In this document: positions 11,401 through 24,240 of the stretch, in pieces
Position numbering within the stretch: position 1 is the stretch's first letter
Layout: the number at the start of each line of letters is the position of its first letter
Assembly (NCBI RefSeq): GCF_035594765.1
Contig: NC_085843.1
Coordinates: 90,683,971-90,747,970, forward strand
Direction: 5' to 3'
From: Anolis carolinensis
Taxonomy: Eukaryota
Length of the DNA: 64,000 nucleotides
Position numbers and translations under genes: made by a program
Notes under the pieces: generated by a model
What the model was told of the DNA's origin: nothing
The model's database searches: none
The model's input: the letters and a program-made list of their open reading frames with translations, nothing else

Positions 11401-13032
11401 GGGATACGGTCAAAAGATAAATGAAAGTATTAGCGGTCTTACTCCCTCTATCCCTACTGCTTCTTACACAATTGATTTCATATTATTTATTTTATTTATT
11501 TATTTACAGCATTTATATTCCGCCCTTCTCACACCGAAGGGGACTCAGGGTGGATCACATTGCACATAAAGGCAAACATTCAATGCCATAACATAGAACA
11601 GAGACAAATGACCAAACAAGAGTTAAATTCTCTCCCCAGAGATTTTTGTCATTTTATTCACATTGTTTCATTGTGATTTCATATCTTTCTCTTCTGTTTA
11701 CTTGAACACATTCTAGAGAACTGTAATAATCAAGGCAGAATAAAGGGAAATAATAACCTTTTCCAAACAATTCAATTTATTATGTTATCATCTTTCTTGG
11801 TCTTAACTTTCAGTTTTGTATAACACTTTCAGATTATGATAGCTGCCAAAGCATCTGGAGATAGTCATAGCTGGACTGCTTTTCCTACCCAACTTCTATA
11901 CAAGAAAGGTTTGATATGTATCTGTTGTATCTGGTTTCTTCCCTAGTTTTATGGTCATTTATTTGATTATTATGAAAAGTCTTTCTATTAGAACCAGCCA
12001 TCTCAAAGGATCACTATGGATTTTTAACACAATGTAATTATTGTTTATGATGATTCTAAGATGCAGAATCATCATAACTGAATTTCAATATGTATGGTAA
12101 ACAATCCAAAAACACATAGTATATCTCACTTCACACCCCAACCAGCAAAAATGATGTTTTTTTAACCTTATGATGATTAACATGATGTTCCAAGTCAGCT
12201 AATGGTGAAGTATCATTATATAAGTTTTTAGGAGAAGTAGCTGATATCCAAGCCTGATCAATAAAACTTGAATCTTGATCAACAGCTGGAAAAAAAGATA
12301 GAGAAGAAAATTACACTGGTGAATCACTCAACAATTCCAACTAAACTTAAAAGTATCCTAGTTACCTGAACTCTGTGATTGATTAACTTGTATTCCAGCT
12401 TCCAGCAACTTTTCTGTTCTTGGGCATTGCAGTGCTATACACTCAGAAACATTCAGAGATTGCTTTGCATTTTGGGGTGTTGGTGATGCAAAGTGTTGTA
12501 TTGAGGGAACTGTTTTAAAATCTGCAATGTAAGTACTACCTTGATTATGCTTTAAAACTTGGGGAAATATACTGAAAACAACATCATCTCCAATTATATC
12601 ATCTACAGTGTATTGGTTATCGTCCATTGATGGTTTATATCCTCCATCTGTACATTCTTGAGGGATACCTGAAAATTGTGCCAGTGTGTCCTGTGATCGG
12701 CTAGATCTCAAAACTTTCCACTCAAGAGGAAGAATTGATTGATTCAAAGTTAAAGATAATATATTATCAGCAGAGCCTCCAAAACGACATCTTGAGTGCT
12801 TCAAAGAGTCTTGATCTTGGCTTATTTGTGAATCCCAGTCTATTATCTGTACAAGTGAATGTCCCATTAATGGTTCTTCTCCAAAGTAAGAATGTGCATT
12901 TTCCATTGTAGTAGTACCATCATGGACATTTTGTGTGTGTACTGGAGAAGCCAACAGGTCATTACTTTCTAGATGAACATCCTTCAGTAGAAGATCAGAA
13001 TTTTCTCTGCTTACATTTAATGACGAATTCAT
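3688..13032 (-). CDS. Uncharacterised multi-exon protein with C-terminal coiled coil (>=524 aa; last exon unresolved)
   Basis: Phase-compatible GT-AG exons: 12366-13032, 10744-10784, 10386-10571, (9307-9360), 6904-7059, 5559-5643, 4924-5099, 3688-3895. The ATG has A at -3 and an upstream in-frame TGA. The last two exons show heptad-like L/I/E/K/Q periodicity. Confidence 0.75.
4924..5099 (-). CDS. Coiled-coil gene, 176-nt exon (VNLKGQISNLHKANKTAVLQLAKANEEISQLKNEMALLKTEYLQQLANCTEENLMLKKK)
   Basis: tgtctag|TG AAT...AAA AAG|gtatgc; heptad pattern. Confidence 0.85.
5559..5643 (-). CDS. Coiled-coil gene, 85-nt exon (AENVNKEESTDSLLISECNSPIILQQFI)
   Basis: attgtag|GCT GAA...ATT G|gtatga; phase 0 in, phase 1 out, joining the next exon in frame. 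Confidence 0.75.
6562..6884 (-). mobile_element. Tc1/mariner MITE, same family as 3169-3482, reverse orientation
   Basis: Same TIRs, TA TSD; sits 19 nt inside the intron after the donor at 6904. Confidence 0.9.
6904..7059 (-). CDS. Coiled-coil gene, 156-nt exon (TRDLLVQSKFQQK...SSKQNSK)
   Basis: Branch-like ctgac, T-rich tract, aaag|ACG AGA...AGC AAG|gtaaaa; phase 0/0. Confidence 0.65.
7988..8915 (+). mobile_element. Non-autonomous hAT (Charlie-like) with internally duplicated 5' end
   Basis: TIR caggggtccccaaact / agtttgaggacccctg; 8-bp TSD gtttggat/gtgtggat; a second 5' terminus at 8212; internal (TA)n and SINE-tail sequence. Confidence 0.88.
9307..9360 (-). CDS. Coiled-coil gene, possible 54-nt exon (GRGYASTTLLQQFKDCNE)
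   Basis: gtaatttcaaag|GGG AGA...AAT GAG|gtggga; symmetric phase 0/0, weak splice sites. Confidence 0.35.
9505..9720 (+). mobile_element. tRNA-derived SINE with L2-like tail
   Basis: B-box-like gagttcgaggcc; tail gccctgagtccccttcgg...gaagggcggaatataaat(aaat)n. The tail recurs many times in the window. Confidence 0.75.
9873..10221 (+). mobile_element. Tigger-like MITE
   Basis: TIR agtgttccctcactt / gtgagggaacactg followed by TA; a related right end lies at ~24300-24480. Confidence 0.7.
10386..10571 (-). CDS. Coiled-coil gene, 186-nt exon (TSAAAVQAVF...QMNKTME)
   Basis: tttgttgtgttataccag|ACT TCT...ATG GAG|gtaaaa; phase 0/0; an alternative upstream acceptor lies at 10702. Confidence 0.65.
10744..10784 (-). 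CDS. Coiled-coil gene, 41-nt exon (AEVVKKKLHETYKT)
   Basis: aatgtcag|CA GAA...AAA ACA|gtaagt; phase 1 in, phase 0 out. Confidence 0.55.
10950..11410 (-). mobile_element. L2 LINE 3' fragment
   Basis: Reverse-complement L2-type tail (ccgaaggggactcaaagtggctt) and 3' body. Confidence 0.6.
12366..13032 (-). CDS. Coiled-coil gene, first coding exon (MNSSLNVSRENSDLLLKD...QVNQSQSS)
   Basis: 222-codon open frame in AT-rich DNA. Acceptor ttttttttactgttgttag at 13064/13065, start ATCATCATGA, donor TCAG|gtaact (phase 1). Confidence 0.8.
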
Positions 13033-13134
13033 GATGATTGTCAAATTTCCTCAACTTGTTAATCCTAACAACAGTAAAAAAAATAACATTCATGTTAAAA
13101 GACAGGATCATTCAATAAATCCAATGAAACTGAA

Positions 13135-13769
13135 GAAGTGAAGATGTCATACTGCCCTCAGATAGATGCAACAGTCAAGAGTGCTTACTACCAGCTTCAG
13201 GTGATACACCAGCTGTGCTCGTTTCTAGATGTGGAGGACCTAAAGATGGTAGTTCATGCACTGGAAACCTCAAGGTTGGACTTCTGCAATGTGCTTTACA
13301 TTGGGCTACCTTTGTACCATGTTCAGAAACTCCATTTGATTGAAAATACAGCAGCCAGATTGATGTTACAGGAACATCCAGGAATGAACATATTACACCT
13401 ATCCTAAAGTCACTCCACTGGCTGCCAATTAGTTTCCGAGAAAAGTACCAAGTGTTGGTTTTGACCAAGCTCTACATGGTTTGGATCCAAGTGGATCACC
13501 TTCTCCAATACAACACACCCTGAACACTTTGGTTCTCTGCAGAGTGGCTTCTTCACCCTGCCAGAACCGAACTGACCACATCACCCAGAGGATCTTTTCA
13601 TTGGCTGCTCCAAGACTGTTGAATTATCTGTCGGAAGAGATCTAACTGCTCAATGAGCTGCCAGAATTTTAAAATATTTGAAGACTGGCAATCTTCTGGC
13701 AATCCTACCCAGTCAGTTTAATCATGAATGTTCAACTCACGTCCTGTGTTTTAATCTTTGTTATGTGTA
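13135..13769 (+). mobile_element. L2 LINE ORF2 C-terminal fragment
   Basis: VHALETSRLDFCNVLYIGLP...ENTAARL and HITPILKSLHWLPI, diagnostic of the L2 clade; a short copy lies at ~60995-61095. Confidence 0.88.
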
Positions 13770-14113
13770 CAGTAGAATCTCACTTATCCAACATAAACGG
13801 GCTGGCAGAATGTTGGATAAGTGAAAATGTTGGATAAGAAGGCGGGACTAAGGAAAAGCCTATTAAACATCAAATAACATTATGATTTTACAAATTATGC
13901 ACCAAAACATCATGTTTTACAACCAATTGACAGAAAAAGCAGGTCAATACACAGTAAAGTAATGTATTAATAATTGTATTTACGAATTTAGCACCAAAAC
14001 ATCGCAATGTATTGAAAATACTGACTACTAAAACATTGACTACTAAAAGGCCGACTGCATTGGATAATACAGAACATTGGATAAGTGGAGGTTGGATAAG
14101 TGAGACTCTACTG
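13770..14113 (+). mobile_element. Tc1/mariner MITE nested in an L2 3' tail
   Basis: Same TIR family, TA TSD. Confidence 0.9.
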
Positions 14114-17109
14114 TATTTTAATATGTATTTTATAAAAATAATTTTTAATATTTGTATTTTATAGGATGTTTACAATAAGAATAATAATTATTATTTTTAT
14201 TTTAGTTCTTACCTGCCTCTCCTTGTGACTGGAAGCGGATTACAATATAGTTAAAAACATATAATCATTGTAAACATTCTATAAAATACACATATTAAAA
14301 TAAAGCCAACATAAATCCATTATTTATTTATTTATTTATTATATTGGATCTATGTTGGCTTTATTTTGATTTTAATATCTGCCTTTCAGTCTCCCAAAAC
14401 AAGCCATAAAGAAAGTAGTGTGTCATCCACTGTATGTTAAGAGCAGTCAGCTAGTTTCTCTTGTAAGGTTCTTGATAAGCCAATTATATATGCTTGCTGC
14501 TGCTTCACTTAGAATAGTTTCCTCACTGCCAGCATTTTAGCCATGGAACAGCATGTAGCCTAGTAAAGTAAGACTAGAGATAGATTAGAAAGTGTCCTGA
14601 CATGGGATATGACATGATGCTTCAAGGAATGTATGCACACACAAACAGGCTTCTCATTAAAGATACACTTGCTGTTAAGGTCATCCCTTTCTTCTAAAAA
14701 TGAATATTATGTCAGAACTGGAATGCTCCTTAAGCAAATTTGCTCAGTAGTTCATAATTAAGTATATCTGAAAACACATTAGCTACTATTAAAGGTAACT
14801 ATTTCAACTTAATATGGCAATGAACATTTTGAAAGAACAGAAGTATTAAAATATATAAAGATAATTGACTGTTAACTGGTTGTGTCTATGGCAATTATTT
14901 CTAATATACTTTAAAAGCAGTTTTTATAAGTGTGTTGTAATAATGTCTTGTTCAATCTAGTCTGAATGTACTTTTGAGAATTTTATTGTAAATTAAAGTG
15001 GTAAATTTTATAGAAAGAAGAGTATACCAACTTACAATACATACTTTGCTGTGATAAAATTGAGATATGATATAACATGGCGTGGGACGAATAATTTAAG
15101 CAAAACAATATTTTCTTTATGGTTTTTCATTCACTATGAAGTTTACAATGCTAAAGCAAAATAATATTTAAGTACGAATTTTTCATGGGAAGTTATAATT
15201 AAAGGAAGGACCATAACCAACATTTTTGATTATATGATAATTTCTTGTTACAAGGAGTTACAAGGTCAAATAAGCACTGACTCCATATTGAGATTTCTAT
15301 CCTAACATGCTGGGATAAATTACATCCTTGAGAAAATACTGCACCGATTCATGTTTATTCAGGCACAAAGTATGTGATGTAAATGTACAAACCCTGGTTT
15401 GAGGGATAAAAACTAGGAAATACTTCAGCATGCCATAAGAAAAGAGGGTTCACTTCAATGGGCAAAATTCTCTCTGTATTAGGTACTCCTGTTTGGAATA
15501 TTGTTCCTATGTCCAATCCAAATATAATTTGACATTCCATAGTGTGATTTGTGCTTCTCAAGGCTGAACTAGAAGTGTAAGCATTGCAATAGTGATTGTA
15601 ACGTTTTTAAACGTTTTAATGGATTTTAAATTCTATTTTAAAATGTTTATTTTAATTGTACACAGTTTTAAAGCATCAAATAGTTGCGTATATGTAAAGC
15701 TGCCTTCAGGGGTGAGAAAGGTGGGGTATAAATAGGGTAAGTAAATGAATAAATAAATAAGAAGTAAGTCTGAATAGTTGAAAGAGTTTGATAAGGATTG
15801 CTATTCCCTAGAAAACACTTAAGAAGCAGCCCATTTATATTATTATCATCATCACATCTCTCTTTATATGTATCATATATTTTCATGTATGAGACAAAAA
15901 ATGTTTGACAAAAAATCAAACCAAAAATACCTGAATCGACACAAGTCAATGTTGGAACAGGAACCTAACAGGAGGCAGAGGCAACTAGCTCCCACCCATT
16001 ACCACTCCTTTGCCTAAACTGGAAAAAAGCATCCTTCCCTCCTTCCTAATCATTTTTCCTTCCTGCACAAGCAATATCTAGCAGTCTGAAGTCTAGCAAT
16101 CTACATATCTGAAGAATGAAATGCACCTGACATTTGGGGCATTTTATGTAGCATGGGATGGTAATTTTTATTAAAGACTTACTGTACAAGCCTCTCTGCA
16201 GAGGGTCTGCATTATGCATTTTGATAGATGCTTACTATAAAAGCCTGTCTGCCCCTTTGTGTCTTGTCACTGCCTTTGCACTGGATCCTTAGTAGAAGCA
16301 AGTTGTTTTCTTTCTCTCCTTTCAGACCGCATTCTCATTCTTTTCCCCAATTTATATTTCTTTCGCTGTCTGTATATGTATAGATGTAGACATATTGCGG
16401 TTAACAATACAATTTACACCACCACACTGCCCACCCCTAACCCCTCAAATTATCATATCCTATCTTTCTCATGCCTTCTTCCTAAGTATGTTCCCTCTTC
16501 AGTCTTTTCTTGCATCTACCATGGCTTGGCAAGTACCTGCTCGCCTTCCCACAGGGATTCTTTTTGGGTGTGGGGAGGGTAAAAAGAGTGGGTGTTAAAA
16601 TCTCGTCTGCCTTCAAGCTGTCTACTCTGGCACTGCAACGGAACAAACAAAAGTGCCACATCAAGGCACCTGCCATGCCCCATAATAGGAGTATGAAAAA
16701 CTGATGGCTGGAGGGATGGGTCACATCCCAACCACATTCCACTTATACCTCGTGTGCTCTTTTGAGTTCTCTTCAGTTCTGCATTGCCTATGACAGGGAC
16801 AGGCCAAGTTCTGTCTTTGGAAGGAATGTAGCAGTAGTGGAAATGGGAGGATGTATTTCCTCTGACCCACTCCCCCAAGCTTTGAGATTTTGTTGTTATG
16901 GTTATTGACCAAACTGGATTGCAGTCCCCTCTCTTGTGCACTTTGTAGCAAGGAATTGAGCATGTGTGCCTTTTGCTCCCTGCGTGAAGTCCTGGTACTA
17001 AAATCACATGGATACCAAGAGTCTCCTTTCTATTGACTAGAAAAGAAACAATTTAGAGATGGAGATGGCCACTGGGATACTAATCTGCATTGTCCAAAAT
17101 ATTTAATGA

Positions 17110-17447
17110 TAGGCAGTCCCTAATTTATAAACAACACATGTCTTTAAGTTTGTTCTTAAGTTGAATTTGTAACTCAGAACAAGTAAATTTTTAAAAGGAA
17201 ACTCGAGCTAGTTGGTTGGAGAAGAAAGGAGGAAGCTTGCTGAGAAACTCCCTCATGTTCCTCCTCAGCTAAGGCTCTGGCAAGGGGCAAGGAAGGCAGG
17301 CTGGTGAAAGCCTTCCTTTGCCCCTTGCCCCAGCCTTGACTGCGGAGGAAGGGTGGGAGCTTGTTCCACCACTCCCCAGCTGGCCAGCTCTGCCCTGTTC
17401 ATATCTACCAATTGTAAGTCAGATATTCATAACTCAGGGACTGTCTG
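17110..17447 (+). mobile_element. Tigger-like DNA transposon remnant
   Basis: TIR aggcagtccc / gggactgtctg followed by TA. Confidence 0.55.
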
Positions 17448-18772
17448 TATTCAGTTGTCTGGGATGACTTATTTTGGAACATTTGTAATTATAGATAAAT
17501 GCATCCCAGCCTGAAACTCTGGAATGTGCTAGTTCTCAACTCTAATAATGAGTCCTCGAGTCTAACCACGTGGCTAGACAGATATTAAAATCAGAAAATA
17601 CTGGTAAGATAACTGGCCCAAGTGTTGGACTGAGGGAAACAATGGACGTATCTTATTGAATATAAGCACAAGTAGATAAAATCTCATGAAAAGCAAAAAA
17701 AAAAAAAAGTTTAAGTGGGTTGCTGTGAGTCTTTCAGGCTGTATGGCCATGTTCCATGGCAAGAAGTTAAGTGGTTTTTACCCAAAAATAAAAAGGAGTA
17801 AACAATTCAAGGGGTGAATCCTTAAGAGAAAGAAACAGACTTGCACAGCTAATTGCACAAAATGTGTCTAATCTGAATTTTATTTCCAAACCTTTTATTC
17901 CCTTTAGCATAGTTCAAGGGAAATATATGTCAAAGGAAGCATGGGCATTTCTCTTGGAAACAGAGCCAATTAGATAATCCAGAATCTATAGGGTGAAATA
18001 CTGTACACTGTTCATGAACTTTCTTCAATTTAATTTCTCATCTTAAAATGGGTTTTCTATTGATTTCAGCAGAAAGAATTATTAAATTGTTGGTACATAT
18101 TTTCATCTCAACATTTTAATGACTGCTTACATTGGTTTATTCTCACCATCACCTTCTCCAATGTATGAAAGTCTTACAAATAAAGAAAAAAGGGTGGGAT
18201 GACAAAATATTTCTCATCTCCCTTTCCACAAGAGAATGTGCTTTTCTACAGGCATAATTACTAGAAGAGAATGAAGGTCCAATTTAAAAACCAGTTTTAT
18301 TTTGTGCAGAAATATACTCCAATCCAGCAAATTAGCAAAGAATGTGATTGTTTGAAAATCATTGGTACTACTTTAGAAATCAATAATGCAAGTTATCTTT
18401 AGAATTATCTACCTCAAAAGCTATTTTCCAACTTTATAATATAATGAACCAATTACAAATGTTGTAGAACTTTTGACTCGTTTTAAAAAGTGAAATGAAT
18501 ATTAGAAGAAAGTCTTATTCCAAAGTATTTGTACTTTTAATGTATGTCTTTGTTTTCCTAGCAGCAAAAAACCAAATGACAGAAAAACATCTAAGAGCAT
18601 ACAGCAGCATTCATATATGGTATATATGAAAGCTTTCATTAAACATCACTATTTTTTATAGATTTACAATTTTGTTAAATGCAAGGCAACAGGGACAAAA
18701 ATAAGTTGTTAATAGCTAATTTTTAGAAAAACCAGTCTTTATTCCACAAGGATTTTGAAGAGCTCTCTATAG

Positions 18773-19250
18773 CAGGCTTGTCCAACCGGTAGCCCCTGAA
18801 CCACATGCCACCCAGGACAGCTATAAATGTGACCCAACACAAAATCGCAAACTTACTTAAAACATTATTATATTTTTGGGCTATTTTTTGTAACCCAATT
18901 GAGTATTTCTAGAGTGCAAACTTCGTAGATGACAACAGAACTGAACTGAATAAATAGAATAAATATGTTACTTCCACAAATATCATATTTCCATTATCCA
19001 TAATTTGCATTATAACTGCAAACAGTTTGGCCGGAAGACCTGCTCAGCAATTTTAAAAGACCCTCTGAACGGGGTGGTGCATAATTATTATGTGAAAACC
19101 TTTTTGCTTGTCTGTGGTGCTGCAAATCACAAAAATTATGCACTGACCTTTTTCCCCCTCATCAACTATCATTAGTGTCAATGTATTTTATGTGTGGCCC
19201 AATTCTTCTTCCACTGTGGCCCAGGGAAGTCAAAAGGTTGGACACAAGTG
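18773..19250 (+). mobile_element. MER30-like non-autonomous hAT-Charlie
   Basis: caggcttgtccaacc ... tatgtgtggcccaattcttcttccactgtggcccagggaagtcaaaaggttggacac. Confidence 0.75.
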
Positions 19251-20499
19251 GTTTAAGGGGTTGTCTACATTTGCAAAAAAACCACCCCAAAACAAAACAA
19301 AAAAAACCTGGACTTATCACAGCTAGAAAACTATCTTTCTCTACAATGAAGCCAGGCAATCTCCCCTCCTCCTTACTGGTTGCATAGGCACCTCTGCTAG
19401 TATCAAAGCAGGGCACTCACATGACCAGGAAAAATGAGGGAAAATCCATTCTTTTACCAGCACTGGCACAAGGACATGGAGCACCATGGTTCGCTTGGTG
19501 TGGTGGCAACAATGAGGAAATGAGATACAGGCTACTCCAGCAGAGTGGATGTGCTCCCAAGCTGTATGAACAATGGATCCGCGGCTGTGCTGGGGCATAT
19601 TTACAAGAGCCCTAAGCTGTACAGGTCTTTTAGTTCTATGTGATCATCACAAATTCTGCTAAGTTTGTTATACCCTGTCTCAGAAATGAAACGGAATATG
19701 GCTTTTTTGTGAGAACATCTTTGCCAGAGGTGGCTTCCTGAGCTAAGAGTAGAAACCTATATATAGGTTTGTATTCCTACTAATTGTTCAAGACCAATAT
19801 AGATAGTTTCTGAGCTTTTGTACAGAAGGGAAGGAATTAAAACTGGATAAAAACAAAAGGAAAGAACAGTACACCCTCTCCCAACTTTTGTACTGGATGT
19901 GGTGAGAAAATGTCAAATGAGAGACGAGAACGAAGGAAAAAATCCTTCTGGGTCTTTGTCAATCCTTTTCATTGAAAAAGATTGCAAGGTTTTCAGTAGT
20001 TCTGCCAAGGGAGAAAGTAGAAGTGATGACATAAGAACAAAGTTGGAGCAAACAGTTATTACAAGGAACATGACTTGAATGGTGAGTAGCAGACATGAAG
20101 TGAAAAATGGAGATCAAAGGGGGTAACAGAGGAGAAAGTGAGAGGTTGAGAAACTAGGATTATCAGTGTGAATGTTGGTCCTCAAGGACAACAGTGACTG
20201 ACAGTACAAGGAGAGAAGCCAAGCTTCAAAGTTAGAAAGTGTAGGTGCCAATGTAGTGGAAGAGGAAAGTTGCCCATTATATATTAGTTTGACGTATTAA
20301 GCTTCAAAGTTAAAGAGTGTGCAGATTAGTGACTCATATGGCAAAATATCACCTCCATTATAAACTTAGAAAGCTGGATCTGAAAGTCCACAGATGGAAT
20401 ACTTATTACCGTATCCTAATATGAGCATTTTTTGTTTTAAATAAAGCTCTGTAGCTGTGTGCTAAAGCTGGGTGGTAAGAATTAACCCTTACCTACTTA

Positions 20500-20710
20500 G
20501 TGCTGTAGTGGTTTAGCAGTTGGAAAACAACTCTGGAGGTCAGGGTTCAAATCCCTGGTTAGCTCCAGAATGGCCTTGGGAAAATCACACTCTCTGCTTC
20601 AGAGAAAGAGAAAACCAAGCCCACTCTGAACAAGTCTTGCCAAAAAAAAAACCCATGATAAGTTCTTCTTAGGACCGGCATATATCCGAGATGGTATGAA
20701 GAGACAGCAA
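20500..20710 (+). mobile_element. tRNA-derived SINE remnant
   Basis: A/B-box-like tagtggtttagc...agggttcaaatccc head with decayed body. Confidence 0.55.
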
Positions 20711-23194
20711 ATCTTAGAAAGAAGGGGAGGCCCTGTGAAAATAAATATCATACATGCCCGCACAATTGGAAAATAATTGCTCCTAAGTACATTTAAACAT
20801 TTAATAGCACACTAGGAACTTGACCCCAATGGGACTTATCACAAGTAAGCATGTGTGATGAATAGATTGAATGAAATTGTATGATTGAGGTCTGGCTAGG
20901 GCCTATTAAGGTCTGGCAAGGCTAAAGACACCATTCTAAAATTGGAACCTGAAAATGGCATTACGGAGGAGGTGAAGAATGAAGAGTGCTGATGACAAAT
21001 CCAGATAAATGACTTGAGAACTTTTGGTGCAAACAACACCTGTTTACATAGTCAAAGATAATGTTATCTTAAGATCTTAAGAAAGAAGTTGAACATCATA
21101 TTTTCCAGGATTGGTGAGGCTACAGCAAGTCTGAGCTGAATGACAGGTTATCTAAACAACCAAGTACAACAACAACAACCACAACATCACTACATAAGAA
21201 GACCCTTTTTCTTTTTGACTGTGTGCCAGATCTGCAAGGAATGCAGCATTGAACACCGGCCTCCTTCCAAGAAGCCTGTTTAACTGAATGAAGAAGGATG
21301 GTGAGTATGAATGAGTGAATGTATGGATTATGAGTGAATTTTAGAGTACACATATGTGATGTTTCTTTTTTGTCTGTGTAACAAATATAGCTATTATAAA
21401 ACCCAGTACTGGAGTCTGTGTTTGCTTCTTTCTCTGAAGGTGCCTGATACTCTATCTCACTAAAAATGGATTAAGAAACATTTTAAGGTTCAAAAAGTAT
21501 TCATGACACATGCATAAAAGTAAAGTAAAAGAACCTGGAGTTGGTCCCATTTGATATCTTTGAACACAATAAACAATGTTATGACATGATAAATGATTTC
21601 ATATTTTTCTTCCTCTAATTTTCAAAGTTCTGCAGCACATAATTACTACAACTGTTGTATTGAACAGCAGTCTTCTGCCCAGCAAATTAATCATATGAAG
21701 AAAAATCCAGTGAGTAAATTGCAGCATACCATTCACTTTAAGGATAATTTGAAAATAACATTTTCCAGATTTCACATTGTACTTAGCAGAAATGCAAAAG
21801 TCTTGAACCTACAGAGATTGGCTATTCAATGCAGCCATTTAATCTTTATTGCAATGAAATGCCTTGCTTGTCACAGATGTTGATGAGGCCATCTGGAAGT
21901 AGTAGTGACAGGATAAATAAGTAAAATGTAGTTCTGTTTTACTGTTCCCCAAAGATCCTTAACTAAAATGTCCATTTAATTTAAAAGCATCTGGAGCTAT
22001 TCATCACAAACAGTTTAACAATGCTGCCGGCTGTTATGGGAAATACAGAAAAGAAATGACTACAAATAGTCACTAAGACTACTGCTGGGAATGCAGACTT
22101 TATATGGTTCATAGCTATTGCTTTTACTTATCTGAATAACTAATGTTAAATATCTACAAAAGCTATTATAATCAAGCATTGCCACTGATGTACTGGAACA
22201 AGCTTGCTGTATATGTCGGGACAAAGAAGCAGGAATGCACGCCTTCATTTTGTGGAAGGTAATGTGTATTAGTGGTTGCAAGCAGTACATTTATGACCCC
22301 CCACTCTTTCAGTGGTAAAATTATATACAGTGGGATTTGGTTCCATGACACCATCCACCATGGATACCAAAATGTATGGATGCTGAAGTCTCATTATATA
22401 AAATAGCATAGTAAAATAGTATCTCTTAGATAAGACAGCAAACTAATAGCTTGCCTCCTGGAACCTTTTTGAAATCAAGCTGTAGATGGTTAAATCTGTG
22501 AATGCAGAATTCATGGGTACCAAAGGCTAACTATACAGTCTTCATGATATTTCACATTCATGATCATCATGATCATGGAAAGGGAAGTTTTATGAAGATT
22601 GTGGACATTAATATTAATTCAGAATTAAACATTTTGAACATTTCAACCTTTTCTTTATCTATAGATGAACTATAGGGTTGGTTTCTTTATTTATAGACTA
22701 TAGGTAGAATTTAACTGTCTAACTCTGTATGCTCTTCTAAATATATAAAGAGATACTGTTGTCTGAATATAGAATATAGTATGACCTTCGTATTCATGAG
22801 GGATATGTTCCAGGACTTTGCTTGGATACACAAAACTGCAGATAATAGTAAACCTTATTGAAATGAATATTTTCTGGCCCAAGAATACAATAGAATTATG
22901 TTGAAGAACTTAGAAAATGCCTAAAGAAGGACAGTGGAACCTCTATTTAAGAGTACCCCAACTTAAGAGCATTTTGAGTTAAGAACTGTCGTGTAGCCCA
23001 AGTTTCACTTTGATATAACAGCAGTGTTTTGAGTTAAGAGCTAGCACCAGAAGGAGCACTAGCACATGGAGGGCTTTAGGGCTTCAAGGGAGTAGCCTCT
23101 GTGCCTCATGCTTTTATCCCAGATGTTTGTCCAGAATTTGATCAATTGTTCTCTATTTGGCACTTCTGTGTTTCCTTCCACCTCTCCACTTACT

Positions 23195-24240
23195 CTCTGG
23201 TAGAGTTGTTTCTAACTGGAGTAGAAGAGTTGATTCTGTCTGAATTGCGCAACCCTTGCTTCGAATCTTGCAATCTTCTTTGAAACTGCTACTAGCCATT
23301 GTTTAACTACTTTCAGTGCTTCACTGAGTCCCCTCTTGTCCAGGTTGTTTCTCTTAACTAGGTCTGTCTTGATTTTGTCATCTTTCAGCTTTTTTTCCTT
23401 CATGCTTTTCAGTTTGCTTGCATCTGATCATAGTTTGCTGATTTTTCTTTCCAGCCTGATTTTCCACTTTGCAGCCTTCTTTCTGGATTGTGAATCTTCA
23501 CCTCTAACGCTTTAGTAATCAGTACCGCAGTGATGTACATAAGCTGGTTTGTTTCATATAGTGCTATTGTCTGAATTCCAGCAATGGCCTTGTTCGCATC
23601 CTTCAATGAACTGAGCAGATCCTTCCTTGGAACATTCTTCAGTGGTGGCAATCTTGTATGTTCATTTGCATTGTTCACGTGCTCCAGAAACTTCTGCTTC
23701 AGTTCTCCTTGGTTTTTTTTTAGTCCATTGGGAACTCTAGGTTGGCTCCATTGATTCTGTTGCTTTATCTGTGATTATTGTTATTTCTTCCTTCTCTTCA
23801 TCTTCTGTCTCTAGTTCTTGCAATCCATGTATAGTCCTTGTATTAATTTGACTAGTTGTTACCAATTCTGTTGAATTTCTCTTAGTGTTGCAGGTATGTT
23901 TTTAACACTATTGGCTTGTGCTTTCCACTTGATTTCTGCTAGTTCTAGTGCATTAAAAACTTTGCTTTTAGTAATATACCTACTTTGATCAGCAAGTCTT
24001 TGCTGAGTAATTTCTGTATTTGGGTGTATTTCTTTTGAAATGTGGTGCATTCATTTGAGATATCCTATTTCCAATGGGTTTGATCTGTAGTAGCAAGCCA
24101 TAATTTCTCTATTCTGTACACACGTGTATTTCCAACATTTATTCAATGCTTCCAGTAGACCTGTAGTCTCCAGCCCTGGTTGCTCAGCTGAAGATCCTGA
24201 TTCCTGTAGCCAATTTTCCACCAAGTGTCCAGGTATTCCA
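23195..24240 (-). mobile_element. R4/Dong-clade non-LTR retrotransposon ORF fragment
   Basis: Frameshifted peptides CYYRSNP...ITQQRLADQSRYITKSKVF, RLPPLKNVPR...ETNQLMY and ARFEARVAQFRQNQLF, resembling the N-terminal part of Dong/R4 ORFs. Confidence 0.7.

Noticed and set aside
16516-17007. 163-aa minus-strand ORF containing CSIPCYKVHK, reminiscent of a zf-HIT motif
   Set aside because: The upstream Cys pairs of the HIT finger are absent and there is no supporting exon structure; the region looks like decayed LINE sequence.
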